Shown here piece by piece: positions 42,984-53,182 of a stretch of DNA of 64,000 nt. This stretch comes from Gammaproteobacteria bacterium (lineage in GTDB: Bacteria; Pseudomonadota; Gammaproteobacteria; Eutrophobiales; Eutrophobiaceae): contig CBDCDS010000003.1 of NCBI GenBank assembly GCA_965215365.1, forward strand, positions 1,952,001-2,016,000, read 5' to 3'. How positions within the stretch are numbered: position 1 is the first letter of the stretch; the number at the start of each line of letters is the position of its first letter. The notes under the pieces were generated by a model, which saw only the letters and a list, made by a program, of their open reading frames with translations, was not told the DNA's origin and searched no databases. The translations under genes and the position numbers were made by a program.

Positions 42984-43662
42984 AGGCACCTTTAAGCCGC
43001 TGGCCGCGTTCTGTATCGGGGTTGTGTGCACGACAATTTATCCTGCCCTGGCGGCGCCGGATGCCGGGTCAATCAAGGTGATACGCACGGAAATCGACGC
43101 CGGCCATGAAACCCGCCTGCTTGCCGCTTACCAGGCCTACCGGGACGGTGACCTGACTGCCGCCGCCGCCGGATACGAAGACGTATTACGGGTTTACCCC
43201 GACAACCGCGACGCCATGCTGGGTCTGGCCGCCTGCGCGCTCATGCAGGGTGAGGTCGCCACGGCGGCCGGCCGGTACCGGCGCCTGCTGCGCGCCTTTC
43301 CGCAAGACCACCTGTCCCGGGCCGCGCTGAGCGGCCTGCAGCAGGACCGGCAAGGGGAGATATTCGTCCGGGAGTTGTTGTCAAAGCAGCCCGGAGAACC
43401 GTTTCTGTACGCCATCTTAGGTCAGCTGCAGGCGGCCCAGGCGCGTTGGCCCGAGGCGCGCCAGGCCTTCGCCGCGGCCCACCGGATGGACCCGACCCAG
43501 CCGGGGTATGCCATGAATCTGGCCATCAGCCTGGACCGGATGGGGCAGCGCGCGGCGGCGCTGAAATACTATCGCACCACCCTGACACTGGTGGAACAGG
43601 GCAACTCCAGCCTGGCGCTGCGGCCGATCATGCAGCGTATCCAGTCATTAAGGCGGCCGTAG
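42970..43662 (+). CDS. TPR-repeat protein (MshN-like)
   Basis: AYQAYRDGD...PDNRDAMLGLA, WPEARQAF, YAMNLAISLD. Confidence 0.8.
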   Translation: MMIFRGTFKPLAAFCIGVVCTTIYPALAAPDAGSIKVIRTEIDAGHETRLLAAYQAYRDGDLTAAAAGYEDVLRVYPDNRDAMLGLAACALMQGEVATAAGRYRRLLRAFPQDHLSRAALSGLQQDRQGEIFVRELLSKQPGEPFLYAILGQLQAAQARWPEARQAFAAAHRMDPTQPGYAMNLAISLDRMGQRAAALKYYRTTLTLVEQGNSSLALRPIMQRIQSLRRP

Positions 43663-43664
43663 TC

Positions 43665-45437
43665 ATGTCTGAGCTACACGGGTCACAAACGCAGGACTTG
43701 GGTAAGATACTGATCGATAAGGGAATTATCACCCCCGACCAGCTTGAGATTGCGGCGCTGGAGCAGAAGAGCAGCCGCGAGCAGCCGGGCCGGATTCTGG
43801 TGCGCTTGGGGTTCGTGACCGAGGACATTATTCACGATGTCATCGGCGGCGCGTTCGGGCAGCAGCGCGTCGACCTGCAAGCAATCATTGCAGACAGTGA
43901 CGCGCTGGCCATGATCCCGGAGGACCTGGCCAGGCGCCTGCAGGTGGCGCCCGTCAGTTATGACGCGTCGAGCAGGACTCTGAAAGTAGCGCTGGCGGAT
44001 ATCTTTGATATTGTCGCCCTGGACCAGATCAATGCCCACTTAGGCGGCGCCGTGGAAGTTGTTCCGGCGCTTGCCGCGCAGGCGGACATCGAAAAATGTA
44101 TCGACCGATTTTACGGTTATGAACTGTCCGTGGGCGGCATCTTAAACGAGATGGAAACGGGGGAACTCGACTACCGCAGTCTGGCCGCGCAGAGCGACGA
44201 ATACAGCCAGCCGGTGGTGCGACTGGTGAATGCCCTGCTGGCCGACGCGGTGAAACGCGGCGCCTCGGACATACATCTTGAGCCGGAACAGGGTTTCCTG
44301 CGCGTGCGCTACCGTATCGACGGCGTGTTGCGGCAGGTGCGCAGCCTGCACAAAAACTACTGGTCGGCGCTGGTCGTGCGGGTAAAAGTGATGGCAGGGC
44401 TGGACCTGGCCGAGTCCCGCGCCGCGCAAGACGGCCGCATTTCTCTGTCGCTGTCAGGGCGGCAGGTGGACTTTCGCGTAGCGACCCTGCCTACCTTGTA
44501 CGGTGAAAATATCGTCCTGCGGGTGCTGGACCGGCACAAGGGCATTGTTGGTCTGGCGCAGCTGGGCCTGGATGAGGAGCAACTGGTTGCGTTAAAACGC
44601 ATGGTTACGCGCCCGGAAGGACTCATCCTGGTAACCGGCCCCACCGGCAGCGGCAAGACCACTACCTTGTATTCGATACTGCAATATCTGAACCACGAAG
44701 CCGTGAACATTATGACCCTGGAAGACCCGGTCGAATATCCTACCTCGATGATCCGGCAGACCTCGGCTAACGCCACGGCCAGACTCGGTTTTGCCGACGG
44801 CATCCGTTCCATATTGCGCCAGGATCCGGACATCATCCTGGTCGGCGAAATTCGTGATGAAGATACTGCCGCCATGGCCTTGCGCGCCGCCATGACCGGC
44901 CACCGAGTGTTTTCCACCCTGCATTCCAATTCCGCGCTCGGCGCTCTCCCGCGCTTGCTGGACATGGGCGTGCAAACGCAGCTGCTGGCCGGGAACCTCA
45001 GTGGCGTCATCGCGCAACGACTGGTGCGCAAGCTGTGCAATGAATGCAAGCAACCCGGCGCCGCGCCGCCGCTGGTACCGGGGACAAGATACGGCGTCAG
45101 GCCCTCGTCCGGTAATGCCGCCGCAGCGCGGCGGCACCCGGACGAAATCCGGGACGTGGATGCACAGCTCAGCGTTTACCAGCCGGTCGGCTGTGCAGCC
45201 TGTGCCGGGCAAGGCTATCGCGGACGCATGGCCCTGGTGGAAATATTGCCGTTTGATCCGGACCTGGACGAGTTACTCGCGCGCCGCGTCAGCAGCAATG
45301 AGCTGCACACCATGGCGGTGGCAAAAGGTTTCCGGGAGCTGGCGGAAACCGGCCTCAGCCGGATCATGGCAGGAATCACCAGTGTGGAGGAGGTCGCGCG
45401 CGTGGTGGACTTGGGCAACGCGCTTAACCGACCATGA
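43665..45437 (+). CDS. GspE/PilB/MshE-family assembly ATPase
   Basis: [40 protein letters not shown], two CxxC motifs. Confidence 0.95.
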   Translation: MSELHGSQTQDLGKILIDKGIITPDQLEIAALEQKSSREQPGRILVRLGFVTEDIIHDVIGGAFGQQRVDLQAIIADSDALAMIPEDLARRLQVAPVSYDASSRTLKVALADIFDIVALDQINAHLGGAVEVVPALAAQADIEKCIDRFYGYELSVGGILNEMETGELDYRSLAAQSDEYSQPVVRLVNALLADAVKRGASDIHLEPEQGFLRVRYRIDGVLRQVRSLHKNYWSALVVRVKVMAGLDLAESRAAQDGRISLSLSGRQVDFRVATLPTLYGENIVLRVLDRHKGIVGLAQLGLDEEQLVALKRMVTRPEGLILVTGPTGSGKTTTLYSILQYLNHEAVNIMTLEDPVEYPTSMIRQTSANATARLGFADGIRSILRQDPDIILVGEIRDEDTAAMALRAAMTGHRVFSTLHSNSALGALPRLLDMGVQTQLLAGNLSGVIAQRLVRKLCNECKQPGAAPPLVPGTRYGVRPSSGNAAAARRHPDEIRDVDAQLSVYQPVGCAACAGQGYRGRMALVEILPFDPDLDELLARRVSSNELHTMAVAKGFRELAETGLSRIMAGITSVEEVARVVDLGNALNRP

Positions 45438-46639
45438 GCAGTTACCACTACCGGGCGCTGGATGCGCGCGGCCGCATCAGGAAGGGGGAAACCCGCGCAG
45501 CTAACAGCGCTGACCTGGAAACGCGATTGCGCAAGACCGGGTTGGAACTGATCAGCTGCAAATCAGCCCGGCCACCGCTGCTGTCGCTACCACGGCGGCG
45601 AGTGAAACGGCGCGACCTGATCGTATTCTGTTTTCACCTGCAGCAGTCCTTGCGCGCCGGTGTGCCGGCGCCGGAGAGCCTGCAGGATTTGCGTGACAGC
45701 GCCGGCAACCCTCGCCTGCGGCAGGTTGCCGGCACCTTGCTGGAGGCCATTGAAGGCGGCAAGACCTTGTCGGCGGCGCTGCGCGAGTTCCCGGCGGTGT
45801 TCAGCGAGGTGTTCGTCAACCTGATTCAGGCCGGGGAGCAAACCGGCGCGCTTGACACGATCCTCGAGCGGCTCGAAACAAACCTCAAGTGGCAGGACGA
45901 ACAGGCCGCCATGACCCGGAAGCTATTCATGGCACCGGCGTTGACCGGCACCGTGGTCGGCATCGTGGTGGTGTTCCTGATGGCCTACCTGGTGCCACAA
46001 CTGTTGACCTTTGTCGGCACGACCGGTTCCGGGTTACCGTCCCATACCCTGTTGCTGATTGCAGTCTCCGGCGCATTGGTTGATTACTGGGAGGCGCTGC
46101 TGTGTGTGCCGTTGCTGTTACTCGCGATAGTGGTTGCCGGCGCCAGAACCAGCCCCGGCTTCAGACTGGTGCTGGACCGGTTTAAGCTGGCGCTGCCGGT
46201 GCTGGGTCCGGCGCAGGAAAAACTCATCTTAGCGCGCCTCGCCAGCCTGTTCGCCATGATGTATGCATCCGGCATTACCGTGATCGACTGCATCAGCGCC
46301 GGCGAACGTAGCGCCGGCAATCTGGCCGTGGCACAGGCGATGAGCCGCGTCGGCGCAGCGCTGGCAGAAGGTCAAAACCTGGGCGACAGCTTTGCCGCCG
46401 GCAACCTGTTTCCACCACTGATGTTACGCATGATCCGGGTGGGAGAGACAACCGGCGCCTTGGCGCCGGCGCTGGAGAACATCGCCTGGTTCTACACGCG
46501 CGATGCCCGCGCGGCAGTGGACCGGTTGCAATCCCTGATAGAACCGGTTATGACCCTGCTGCTGGGCCTCGTCATCGGCTGGGTCATGTTATCCGTATTC
46601 GGGCCAATTTATGATCTCATTACCGGGCTTGGGGTATAA
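45434..46639 (+). CDS. GspF/PilC/MshG-family inner-membrane platform protein
   Basis: YHYRALDARG, AGEQTGAL, MIRVGETTG, LIEP. Confidence 0.93.
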   Translation: MSSYHYRALDARGRIRKGETRAANSADLETRLRKTGLELISCKSARPPLLSLPRRRVKRRDLIVFCFHLQQSLRAGVPAPESLQDLRDSAGNPRLRQVAGTLLEAIEGGKTLSAALREFPAVFSEVFVNLIQAGEQTGALDTILERLETNLKWQDEQAAMTRKLFMAPALTGTVVGIVVVFLMAYLVPQLLTFVGTTGSGLPSHTLLLIAVSGALVDYWEALLCVPLLLLAIVVAGARTSPGFRLVLDRFKLALPVLGPAQEKLILARLASLFAMMYASGITVIDCISAGERSAGNLAVAQAMSRVGAALAEGQNLGDSFAAGNLFPPLMLRMIRVGETTGALAPALENIAWFYTRDARAAVDRLQSLIEPVMTLLLGLVIGWVMLSVFGPIYDLITGLGV

Positions 46640-48263
46640 GGGAGTCCTGCGTGGCATTTTTGCAGGGGCCCGTCAACGGCGGGCGCTGTTGATAGACGCC
46701 GAACAGGCGGCCTTGTATCATTGGCAGGACGGTGGCGCCGTCCTGCATGAGGTGTTTACCGCGACGGAGCAAGGGCGCAAGGCGTTCCGGCATTATCTCT
46801 CACAATACCCCGACCTTCCGTTCTACCTGCTAGTGGACCTGGCCGATGAGGAATTCCGGCAGGATACCGTTCCGCATGTGTCACGGCGAGACCGACAGGC
46901 GTTGCTCAAGCGCAAGGCCGGACGCTTGTTCAAGGACAGTTCCTGTTGTTGCCACAGGATAACCGGCCGGGAACGTACCGGGCGCAGAGATGATCGGGTA
47001 TTGCTGAGCGCGCTGGCCGCTCCCGGCCGGCTTGGGCAGTGGGTGGCATTGCTGGACGAGGCCAGGGCGCCGCTGGCGGCCATCTGTTCACTGCCGCTGT
47101 TTAGCGCGCGCCTGCTGCCTGCCGTTACCGGACAGACCGGTGGGCGCCGCTTGCTGGTCAGTCTGCACCGCAGCAGCGGGTTGCGCCAGACCTGTTTTGA
47201 CAATGGCGAGTTTCAGTTCAGCCGCCTGACACCGTTGCCGGGTGCTGAACATGGGCTGGCCGTTGCGATCGGCGCCGAAGTTGACAAAGTCCGACGTTAC
47301 CTGGACAGCCGCCAAACGGACCCATCCGCAGAGCCGTTACAAGTGCATTTGCTGCTGGCCGGCAGCCTGTTGCAGGAGGTGCGGGGCGCGTTCACGGAGC
47401 AGCAATCAGTGCGTTACCATGTTTTTGACCTGCACCGACCAGCACCTGAGGATGGCGCCGCAGAACCCACACAGTCACCTTTCAGTGACGAGTATTTTAT
47501 ACGGCAACTGTTGACGCTCAGGCCAGACAATGACTATGCCGACCTGAGGCAAAGACGCTGGTTTTTCCTGCAACGGCTGCGCGCAGGGGTTGTTGCGACC
47601 AGTTGTGCGTTGTTGCTCGGCAGTGTGTGTCACAGCGCGTTGACCGGCTACAACGGTCTTGTGCTGCAACGCCAGACGGAAGTGGCCCGGCAGCAGACCG
47701 CCCGGCAAGCGGCGGAGTATGAACAAGCAAACAAGCGCCTCCCGCAAACACCTGTGGAGGCATCAGAACTGAAGGCGGCAGTCATGACAGCGGCGCAACT
47801 GGCACAACAGCGGACGCCGCCGCTACGCATGGTGTCGGTGCTCAGCGACAGTCTGGACAAGTTTCCCGCCATCCATTTGCATAAGCTGGGTTGGCGGGCC
47901 GCCGCTCATGACGATATTACTGATCAGGGCGCGCCGGCTCAGGCCGTTACGCCGGTCGTTGCGGGAGCGCCTGAGGCGCCGGCAACGGTTTACCAGGTCG
48001 CGCACTTGCACGCCCGCATAGAACCTTTCAACGGCAATCTCCGGGAGGCGCTGGCGCTGGTCAACCGTTTTGTCGCACACCTGCGCGCCCGGGCCGGAGT
48101 GCGGAAGGTCAGTATCCTCGCCGTGCCCTTAGATGTCAGCTCCGGCGTCGCCTTGCAGGGCAGCGCCCAGGCGCTGCCACGCCAGGCAGAATTCAGCCTG
48201 AAGGTCGTGCTGGAGACGCCGCTAGGGGACCTGTCAGCGGGGGCGGGCGCCAGTGAAACCTGA
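46611..48263 (+). CDS. Pilus/T2SS alignment-subcomplex protein (PilM/PilN-like fusion)
   Basis: Cytoplasmic N-terminal region, single TM, coiled coil, C-terminal periplasmic domain; operon context; start uncertain. Confidence 0.65.
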   Translation: MISLPGLGYKGVLRGIFAGARQRRALLIDAEQAALYHWQDGGAVLHEVFTATEQGRKAFRHYLSQYPDLPFYLLVDLADEEFRQDTVPHVSRRDRQALLKRKAGRLFKDSSCCCHRITGRERTGRRDDRVLLSALAAPGRLGQWVALLDEARAPLAAICSLPLFSARLLPAVTGQTGGRRLLVSLHRSSGLRQTCFDNGEFQFSRLTPLPGAEHGLAVAIGAEVDKVRRYLDSRQTDPSAEPLQVHLLLAGSLLQEVRGAFTEQQSVRYHVFDLHRPAPEDGAAEPTQSPFSDEYFIRQLLTLRPDNDYADLRQRRWFFLQRLRAGVVATSCALLLGSVCHSALTGYNGLVLQRQTEVARQQTARQAAEYEQANKRLPQTPVEASELKAAVMTAAQLAQQRTPPLRMVSVLSDSLDKFPAIHLHKLGWRAAAHDDITDQGAPAQAVTPVVAGAPEAPATVYQVAHLHARIEPFNGNLREALALVNRFVAHLRARAGVRKVSILAVPLDVSSGVALQGSAQALPRQAEFSLKVVLETPLGDLSAGAGASET

Positions 48264-48879
48264 GTATGAATTTTTACGCAACGCCGCGTGCCTGTTGGCA
48301 GGTAGCGCCATGCTGGGCGCCGCCTTGTTGACGGGCAGCGGGTTATTCGAGCGCCGTATGGAACGCGCCTGTCAGTATCAGCGCGCGCAGCTGCACGAGA
48401 CCGGCCAGCGCACGCGGGTGGTCGCCGAAGCGGCAAACATCATCAGGGATTATCTCCCGCAATTCAGTGCATTGCACGACACCGGACTGTGGGGCGAGGA
48501 ACACCGGCTGAACTGGATTGAGACGCTACAGGATGCGGCCACTGCATTACAGTTGCCGGCACTGAGTTACGAGATAGGCGCGCGGCAAGTGCGCGACCCC
48601 GGCACGGGGCTGCCGGCCGGCAGCCCCCGCGTGTACAGCAGCGCCATGACCCTGGATATGCAATTACTGCACGAGGGCGATCTGTTCGCGCTGCTGGACT
48701 TGTTGGAAGATCGGGCCAAGGGCCTGTACCGCGTGGCAAGCTGCGAGTTGACCCGCAATTTCGCGACGCTCACAGACGACCCGCGCGCGCCAAACCTGCA
48801 CGCCAACTGCCTGCTGGAATGGTTTTCCATCGGCCCGGCGGCTGACCTTCAGAGCAATACGGTTTTTGCACCGCAATGA
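48253..48879 (+). CDS. PilO/GspM-like protein
   Basis: N-terminal TM, EEHRLNWIE, LLHEGDL motif; operon context. Confidence 0.6.
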   Translation: MKPEYEFLRNAACLLAGSAMLGAALLTGSGLFERRMERACQYQRAQLHETGQRTRVVAEAANIIRDYLPQFSALHDTGLWGEEHRLNWIETLQDAATALQLPALSYEIGARQVRDPGTGLPAGSPRVYSSAMTLDMQLLHEGDLFALLDLLEDRAKGLYRVASCELTRNFATLTDDPRAPNLHANCLLEWFSIGPAADLQSNTVFAPQ

Positions 48880-49442
48880 TCGGAAAATTTACTCGTCATG
48901 CTGCCCCCGACCGGGTTAGCAAGAAACCACTGAGCATCGCCCTGCTGCTGATATGCAGTTGCTGCCTTGCGGTCGACGAACACTCGTTTGGCCGCTTGTT
49001 CACCACGCCGGAACAGCGGCGATGGTTACAGGAATTACGGGTGCAACAGCAGCCAGCGCAGCCCGGTCAGGATGACATGGAAGCAGGCACAGGCGCGGCT
49101 GCGCCCGGCGCCGCGCCAACCGGGCCAGCCCCGGGGCCGGACCGCACCCAGGCGCCACCCGTAGTCACCCTGAAGGGTCTGATTATGCGAGAAGACGGCG
49201 CCGGTATGGTCTGGGTGGATGAACACGATGGCGGCGCCACGCCGGATTATCGGACACTGCAAACGGCGGCAACGCCGGGGCATGAAGTCGCCGTCCCCGT
49301 GGGTATGCACGGCAAGTCTGTAATGCTCAAACCAGGCCAGTCCTACCACTTGGATTCCGGCTCGGTCACAGATCTCGCCCGGCAGTCGCCGCACGGCGCC
49401 ATGCAACCGGCACCTGGCGCTTCGCAGGAAACCGCCCCGTGA
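48876..49442 (+). CDS. Hypothetical pilus-cluster protein
   Basis: GRLFTTPEQR and LKPGQ motifs seen in genes of such clusters. Confidence 0.65.
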   Translation: MIGKFTRHAAPDRVSKKPLSIALLLICSCCLAVDEHSFGRLFTTPEQRRWLQELRVQQQPAQPGQDDMEAGTGAAAPGAAPTGPAPGPDRTQAPPVVTLKGLIMREDGAGMVWVDEHDGGATPDYRTLQTAATPGHEVAVPVGMHGKSVMLKPGQSYHLDSGSVTDLARQSPHGAMQPAPGASQETAP

Positions 49443-52411
49443 ACCGTGCCGCGCAAGGGGCGGCATTACTGGCCTTGCTGCTGGCGCTGAGCGTCGCTTC
49501 GGGCTGGCTGCTGCTATCCGACCTGAGCCGGCAGGCACAGGCGTACACCCGGCGCCTGAGCAGCGCGCTTACGCTGCAGCGGGCGAAACAGGCGTTGCTG
49601 TCTTATGCGATGAACTATCCCGAGCTGCGCGCCAACCCGGACAAGGGGCCAGGCTTCCTGCCCTGTCCCGACCGCAATAACGACGGCCGCCCGCAAAGCA
49701 ACTGCGCGGCAAGTACCGGCACGACACTGGGGCGCCTGCCGTTTGCGATCCTGGGGCTGGATGACCCGCGTGACAGCAGTGGCGCGCGCTTGTGGTATGC
49801 CGTGTCACCGGATTTCAGGAATACCCGCTCTAACCACGCCGTCATCAACAGTGAAACGCCGGGTCAATTCACGCTGGACGGCGCCGACGATGTGGTGGCA
49901 GTAGTGATGGCGCCGGGTGCGCCGGTCGGTGCCCAGGCGGCGCGGCCGAGCAATGCGCCCACCGATTATCTGGAAGGCAGCAATGCCAGCGTCGCCGACG
50001 GCAGGTTCTCTACCCTTGCCGGCAATGATCAGGTGGTCGCCATCAGCCGTGCGGAATTGATGCAAGTGCTGGAATTGCGCGTGACTAATGAAGTGCGTGC
50101 GCTGCTGGCGCGCTATCGCAGTGAACACGGCGCCTACCCCTGGCTGGCGCGGTTTGCTCATCCCCACCTGCACGGCAGGGTATTACGCGGCTCCCATAAT
50201 GGCAGCGATAATGCAGAGGCGCTGACGGACACGCGTCGGGATTTCCTGGATTGGGGAGTACGCGCCTACGATCTGCTCAGGAACGTTACCGACGGCTCCC
50301 TGGCCGTGGTGAAGAGCGTGAGCAAAAACAGGCTGGAGCTGTCTGCACCGAGCACCGGGGCAGAGAACGATTTTGACCGGGGAGATGTTTATTTCATCGA
50401 GTTGCGCGGCCCGGGCAGGATTGTCTCAGGGACGGCTAACGGCGGCAGTTCGGGCCCGTTGCTGAAAGATACCGGGCAGGATTTCAGGGAAGTGGGCGTG
50501 GTTCCCGGTGATGTGGTTGAGAACCTGACCGAGGGTTCCCGCGCGACCGTTGCCGGTGTCGATCGGGCCGCGCTCAGGCTGCGCCGGCCCGCCGCCGATA
50601 ATGGTTTTGCTGGCGGCGCCACCTACCGCTTGCTCGTTAATAGCGGTAACGCCGGCCCGGGCAGCACCAACCTGACCCTGGCAGACCCCACAGCCGATTT
50701 CATCAGCGCCGCTATTGGCGTCGGTGACCTGGTGGAAAACCTCAGTGATGGCTCGACCGGGCGCGTCAGCCAAGTGGCAGGGCCGGGGTTGCTGCGCGTG
50801 TCGGCACTGCATTTCGGCCGCAACAACCGGTTTAATGAACATGACGTTTATCGCCTGCCGCGCTATAACGCTGCCGACAACACCAGGCAGGGCTTGTTGC
50901 CGGTGCATGAACCGGGCAAACGCTTTGCAACCGGGTTTGGCGTCACCTGGCAGGCGCCTGTTAGCGGCGGTTGGGTCATTACCGGGCTGCATCCCGCCAC
51001 CCGTCCCGGCTATGCCACGGCGGTAACGCGCGCGCTGCGCACCGCCGCGCCCGCGGCGGCGGTCAACGTTGAAGACGGGTATTGCATCTGGCTCAATGTA
51101 CGGGTGGTTGACTGTATCGGCCGTAGCGCGGCAATGCCGCTGCTGGCAGGAACCGCGACTGCCGGGTCATCGGCAAGCGTATTAACGGATAGCTTTGCTG
51201 ATTTCATTAACGCCGGGGTCACCCCGGGAGCTCTGGTTGAAGTGCCGTATCACTCGGTGGTGACCCGAGTCGCGTCTGCCACGACGCTGCACCTGCTGCG
51301 GTTGCCCACTGCGGCGCGCCCGCTTGCCCCCGGCGCGCGCTACCAGCTCCGTAGCGCCACCAGGCTGCTGACCGGCAAGGCCGACCGCGCCGACCCGGCG
51401 CGCCTGCACGACCCCCACCAGGACTTCAGCGCGGCGGGGGTGCGCACGGGCGACCTGCTGGCCAATCTGACGGACGGCTCTTTCGGTCTGATCACTGCGG
51501 TCAACGGCGCCAGTGTCAGCGCCGACCTGCAGGGCGGACAACGCAATGCCTACCGTCCCGGCGACGCCTACCAGGTATTTTATGCCTATGTGAACCGGCG
51601 CCGCTACCGCTTCAGTCTGCGCTATCAGGGGGAGTGGGTGACGCGTTCGAGCAACGGCCGGCGGCAGCGCGAGGTGTGCCGGGGTTATGGTGTTGATTGC
51701 GCCGGCGTTGCCGTCACTGCGCCGCTGCCGTTTCAGGCTCAGGGCATGGCCGGCGCGGCCACGGCCGGCGCGGCGGGCCTGATGCTGGCAGCCGCTCAGG
51801 CAGATTTTCTACGCGCCGGCATATTGCCCGGAGATACGCTGTTCAATCTGGACGACGGTTCGGCGGGAATGGTGCAGACGGTTACGCGCCATTCCCTTAC
51901 CATCGACGCCTGGCAGGGCGGCCACGCCAATCAGCTGCTGCCGGGCAACCGCTACCGCATCGGCAGGCCGTTGCTGCTCATTGAAGACCTGCTTGATGAC
52001 AACGCCGTAACAAGGGTCGGCCTGACCGCCCCGCCCGGTGGCGCGGCCGGCGCGCTGCACACGACCGGCATCAATTATCACCTGGTCGAAACACCCGGAG
52101 AACTGCCGCCCTGGTTCATAAAAAACAAATGGCACCGTCTTGTTTATGTCGCCTATGGCGCCGGCTTTGCCCCCGGCGGTAGCGGCGATTGCCACGCGGG
52201 TGTGGATTGCCTGGTTATCCGCGACCGTGCCGACGACGCAGAGGCGCTGGTGCTCGCAGCCGGGATGGCATTGCCACAGCAGCCGCGCACGCACGGCACC
52301 GGTGCCGCTTACTACGAGGGTGAAAATGCCAATGCGGATGCCGACGATGTGTTCGCCAGGGCCTTGCCTGACGACACTTTTAATGACCGGCTTGTGGTTG
52401 TGGCGCCATGA
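49439..52411 (+). CDS. Large pilus-associated protein with pilin-like N-terminus and six internal ~70-aa repeats
   Basis: QG|AALLALLL pilin-like leader; AKQALLSYA..LPCPD..GRLP..LWYAVS; repeats LxDxxxDFxxxGVxxGDLxxNLxDGS. Confidence 0.8.
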   Translation: MNRAAQGAALLALLLALSVASGWLLLSDLSRQAQAYTRRLSSALTLQRAKQALLSYAMNYPELRANPDKGPGFLPCPDRNNDGRPQSNCAASTGTTLGRLPFAILGLDDPRDSSGARLWYAVSPDFRNTRSNHAVINSETPGQFTLDGADDVVAVVMAPGAPVGAQAARPSNAPTDYLEGSNASVADGRFSTLAGNDQVVAISRAELMQVLELRVTNEVRALLARYRSEHGAYPWLARFAHPHLHGRVLRGSHNGSDNAEALTDTRRDFLDWGVRAYDLLRNVTDGSLAVVKSVSKNRLELSAPSTGAENDFDRGDVYFIELRGPGRIVSGTANGGSSGPLLKDTGQDFREVGVVPGDVVENLTEGSRATVAGVDRAALRLRRPAADNGFAGGATYRLLVNSGNAGPGSTNLTLADPTADFISAAIGVGDLVENLSDGSTGRVSQVAGPGLLRVSALHFGRNNRFNEHDVYRLPRYNAADNTRQGLLPVHEPGKRFATGFGVTWQAPVSGGWVITGLHPATRPGYATAVTRALRTAAPAAAVNVEDGYCIWLNVRVVDCIGRSAAMPLLAGTATAGSSASVLTDSFADFINAGVTPGALVEVPYHSVVTRVASATTLHLLRLPTAARPLAPGARYQLRSATRLLTGKADRADPARLHDPHQDFSAAGVRTGDLLANLTDGSFGLITAVNGASVSADLQGGQRNAYRPGDAYQVFYAYVNRRRYRFSLRYQGEWVTRSSNGRRQREVCRGYGVDCAGVAVTAPLPFQAQGMAGAATAGAAGLMLAAAQADFLRAGILPGDTLFNLDDGSAGMVQTVTRHSLTIDAWQGGHANQLLPGNRYRIGRPLLLIEDLLDDNAVTRVGLTAPPGGAAGALHTTGINYHLVETPGELPPWFIKNKWHRLVYVAYGAGFAPGGSGDCHAGVDCLVIRDRADDAEALVLAAGMALPQQPRTHGTGAAYYEGENANADADDVFARALPDDTFNDRLVVVAP

Positions 52412-52432
52412 AAGAACAGGATTGACTCCTCC

Positions 52433-53182
52433 ATGTACAAGTGTAAAGAGACAGGGTTTTCACTGGTGGAACTTGCCATTGCACTGATGCTCATGGCGTT
52501 GCTTGTGGGCGGGATGCTCAACCCCCTAGGCGCCACCCTGGAAGCGAAACGGCGCGCCAGGGCGCAGCTTGAACTGGAGCAAATCCGGGAAGCATTGCTG
52601 GGTTTTGCCATGATCAACGGCTACCTGCCCTGTCCGACCAGCAGCACCGACCCGGCGGCCGACGATTACGGTCTGGCCGACCCGCTCTGCTCCAGCGAGC
52701 CGGGCGCGGAGGGCTACCTGCCCTGGCGCACCCTGGGCGTTCCCGAAGTGGACCCGTGGGGTTCGCCAAGGCACGCCAGCACCGACCCGTTCAACGGTTA
52801 CTGGCGTTATCGGGTTGATCGCAACTTCGCCGATGCGGCGGCATTGATCACTCTTGGTGCGGCGCCGGCCGACAACCTGAGCATTACCGATCCGCGCGGC
52901 CTGTTGCTGACCGCGCCCACAGAAACCCCGGTCGCCATCATCTACAGCGCCGGCGCCAATTTGGCGCCGGATGGAGAAAACACCAGCTTTGAAGGCGCGC
53001 CCTGCGGCAACCCGGGTGGTTATGCGCCGGGCGGGAGCGCAACCTGTCCTGACGGGGAACCGCTGTACCAGGGCGGCGACATGTATGGCGTCGGCGCCGA
53101 TGCTGCTTTTGACGACCTGCTCATCTGGCTGTCGCGCCCGCTGCTGTTCAACCGCATGGTCGCGGCAGGGCGGCTGCCATGA
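52433..53182 (+). CDS. Prepilin-type N-terminal cleavage/methylation protein (minor pilin)
   Basis: G|FSLVELAIAL class III signal; LPCP; GYLPWRTLG. Confidence 0.88.
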   Translation: MYKCKETGFSLVELAIALMLMALLVGGMLNPLGATLEAKRRARAQLELEQIREALLGFAMINGYLPCPTSSTDPAADDYGLADPLCSSEPGAEGYLPWRTLGVPEVDPWGSPRHASTDPFNGYWRYRVDRNFADAAALITLGAAPADNLSITDPRGLLLTAPTETPVAIIYSAGANLAPDGENTSFEGAPCGNPGGYAPGGSATCPDGEPLYQGGDMYGVGADAAFDDLLIWLSRPLLFNRMVAAGRLP

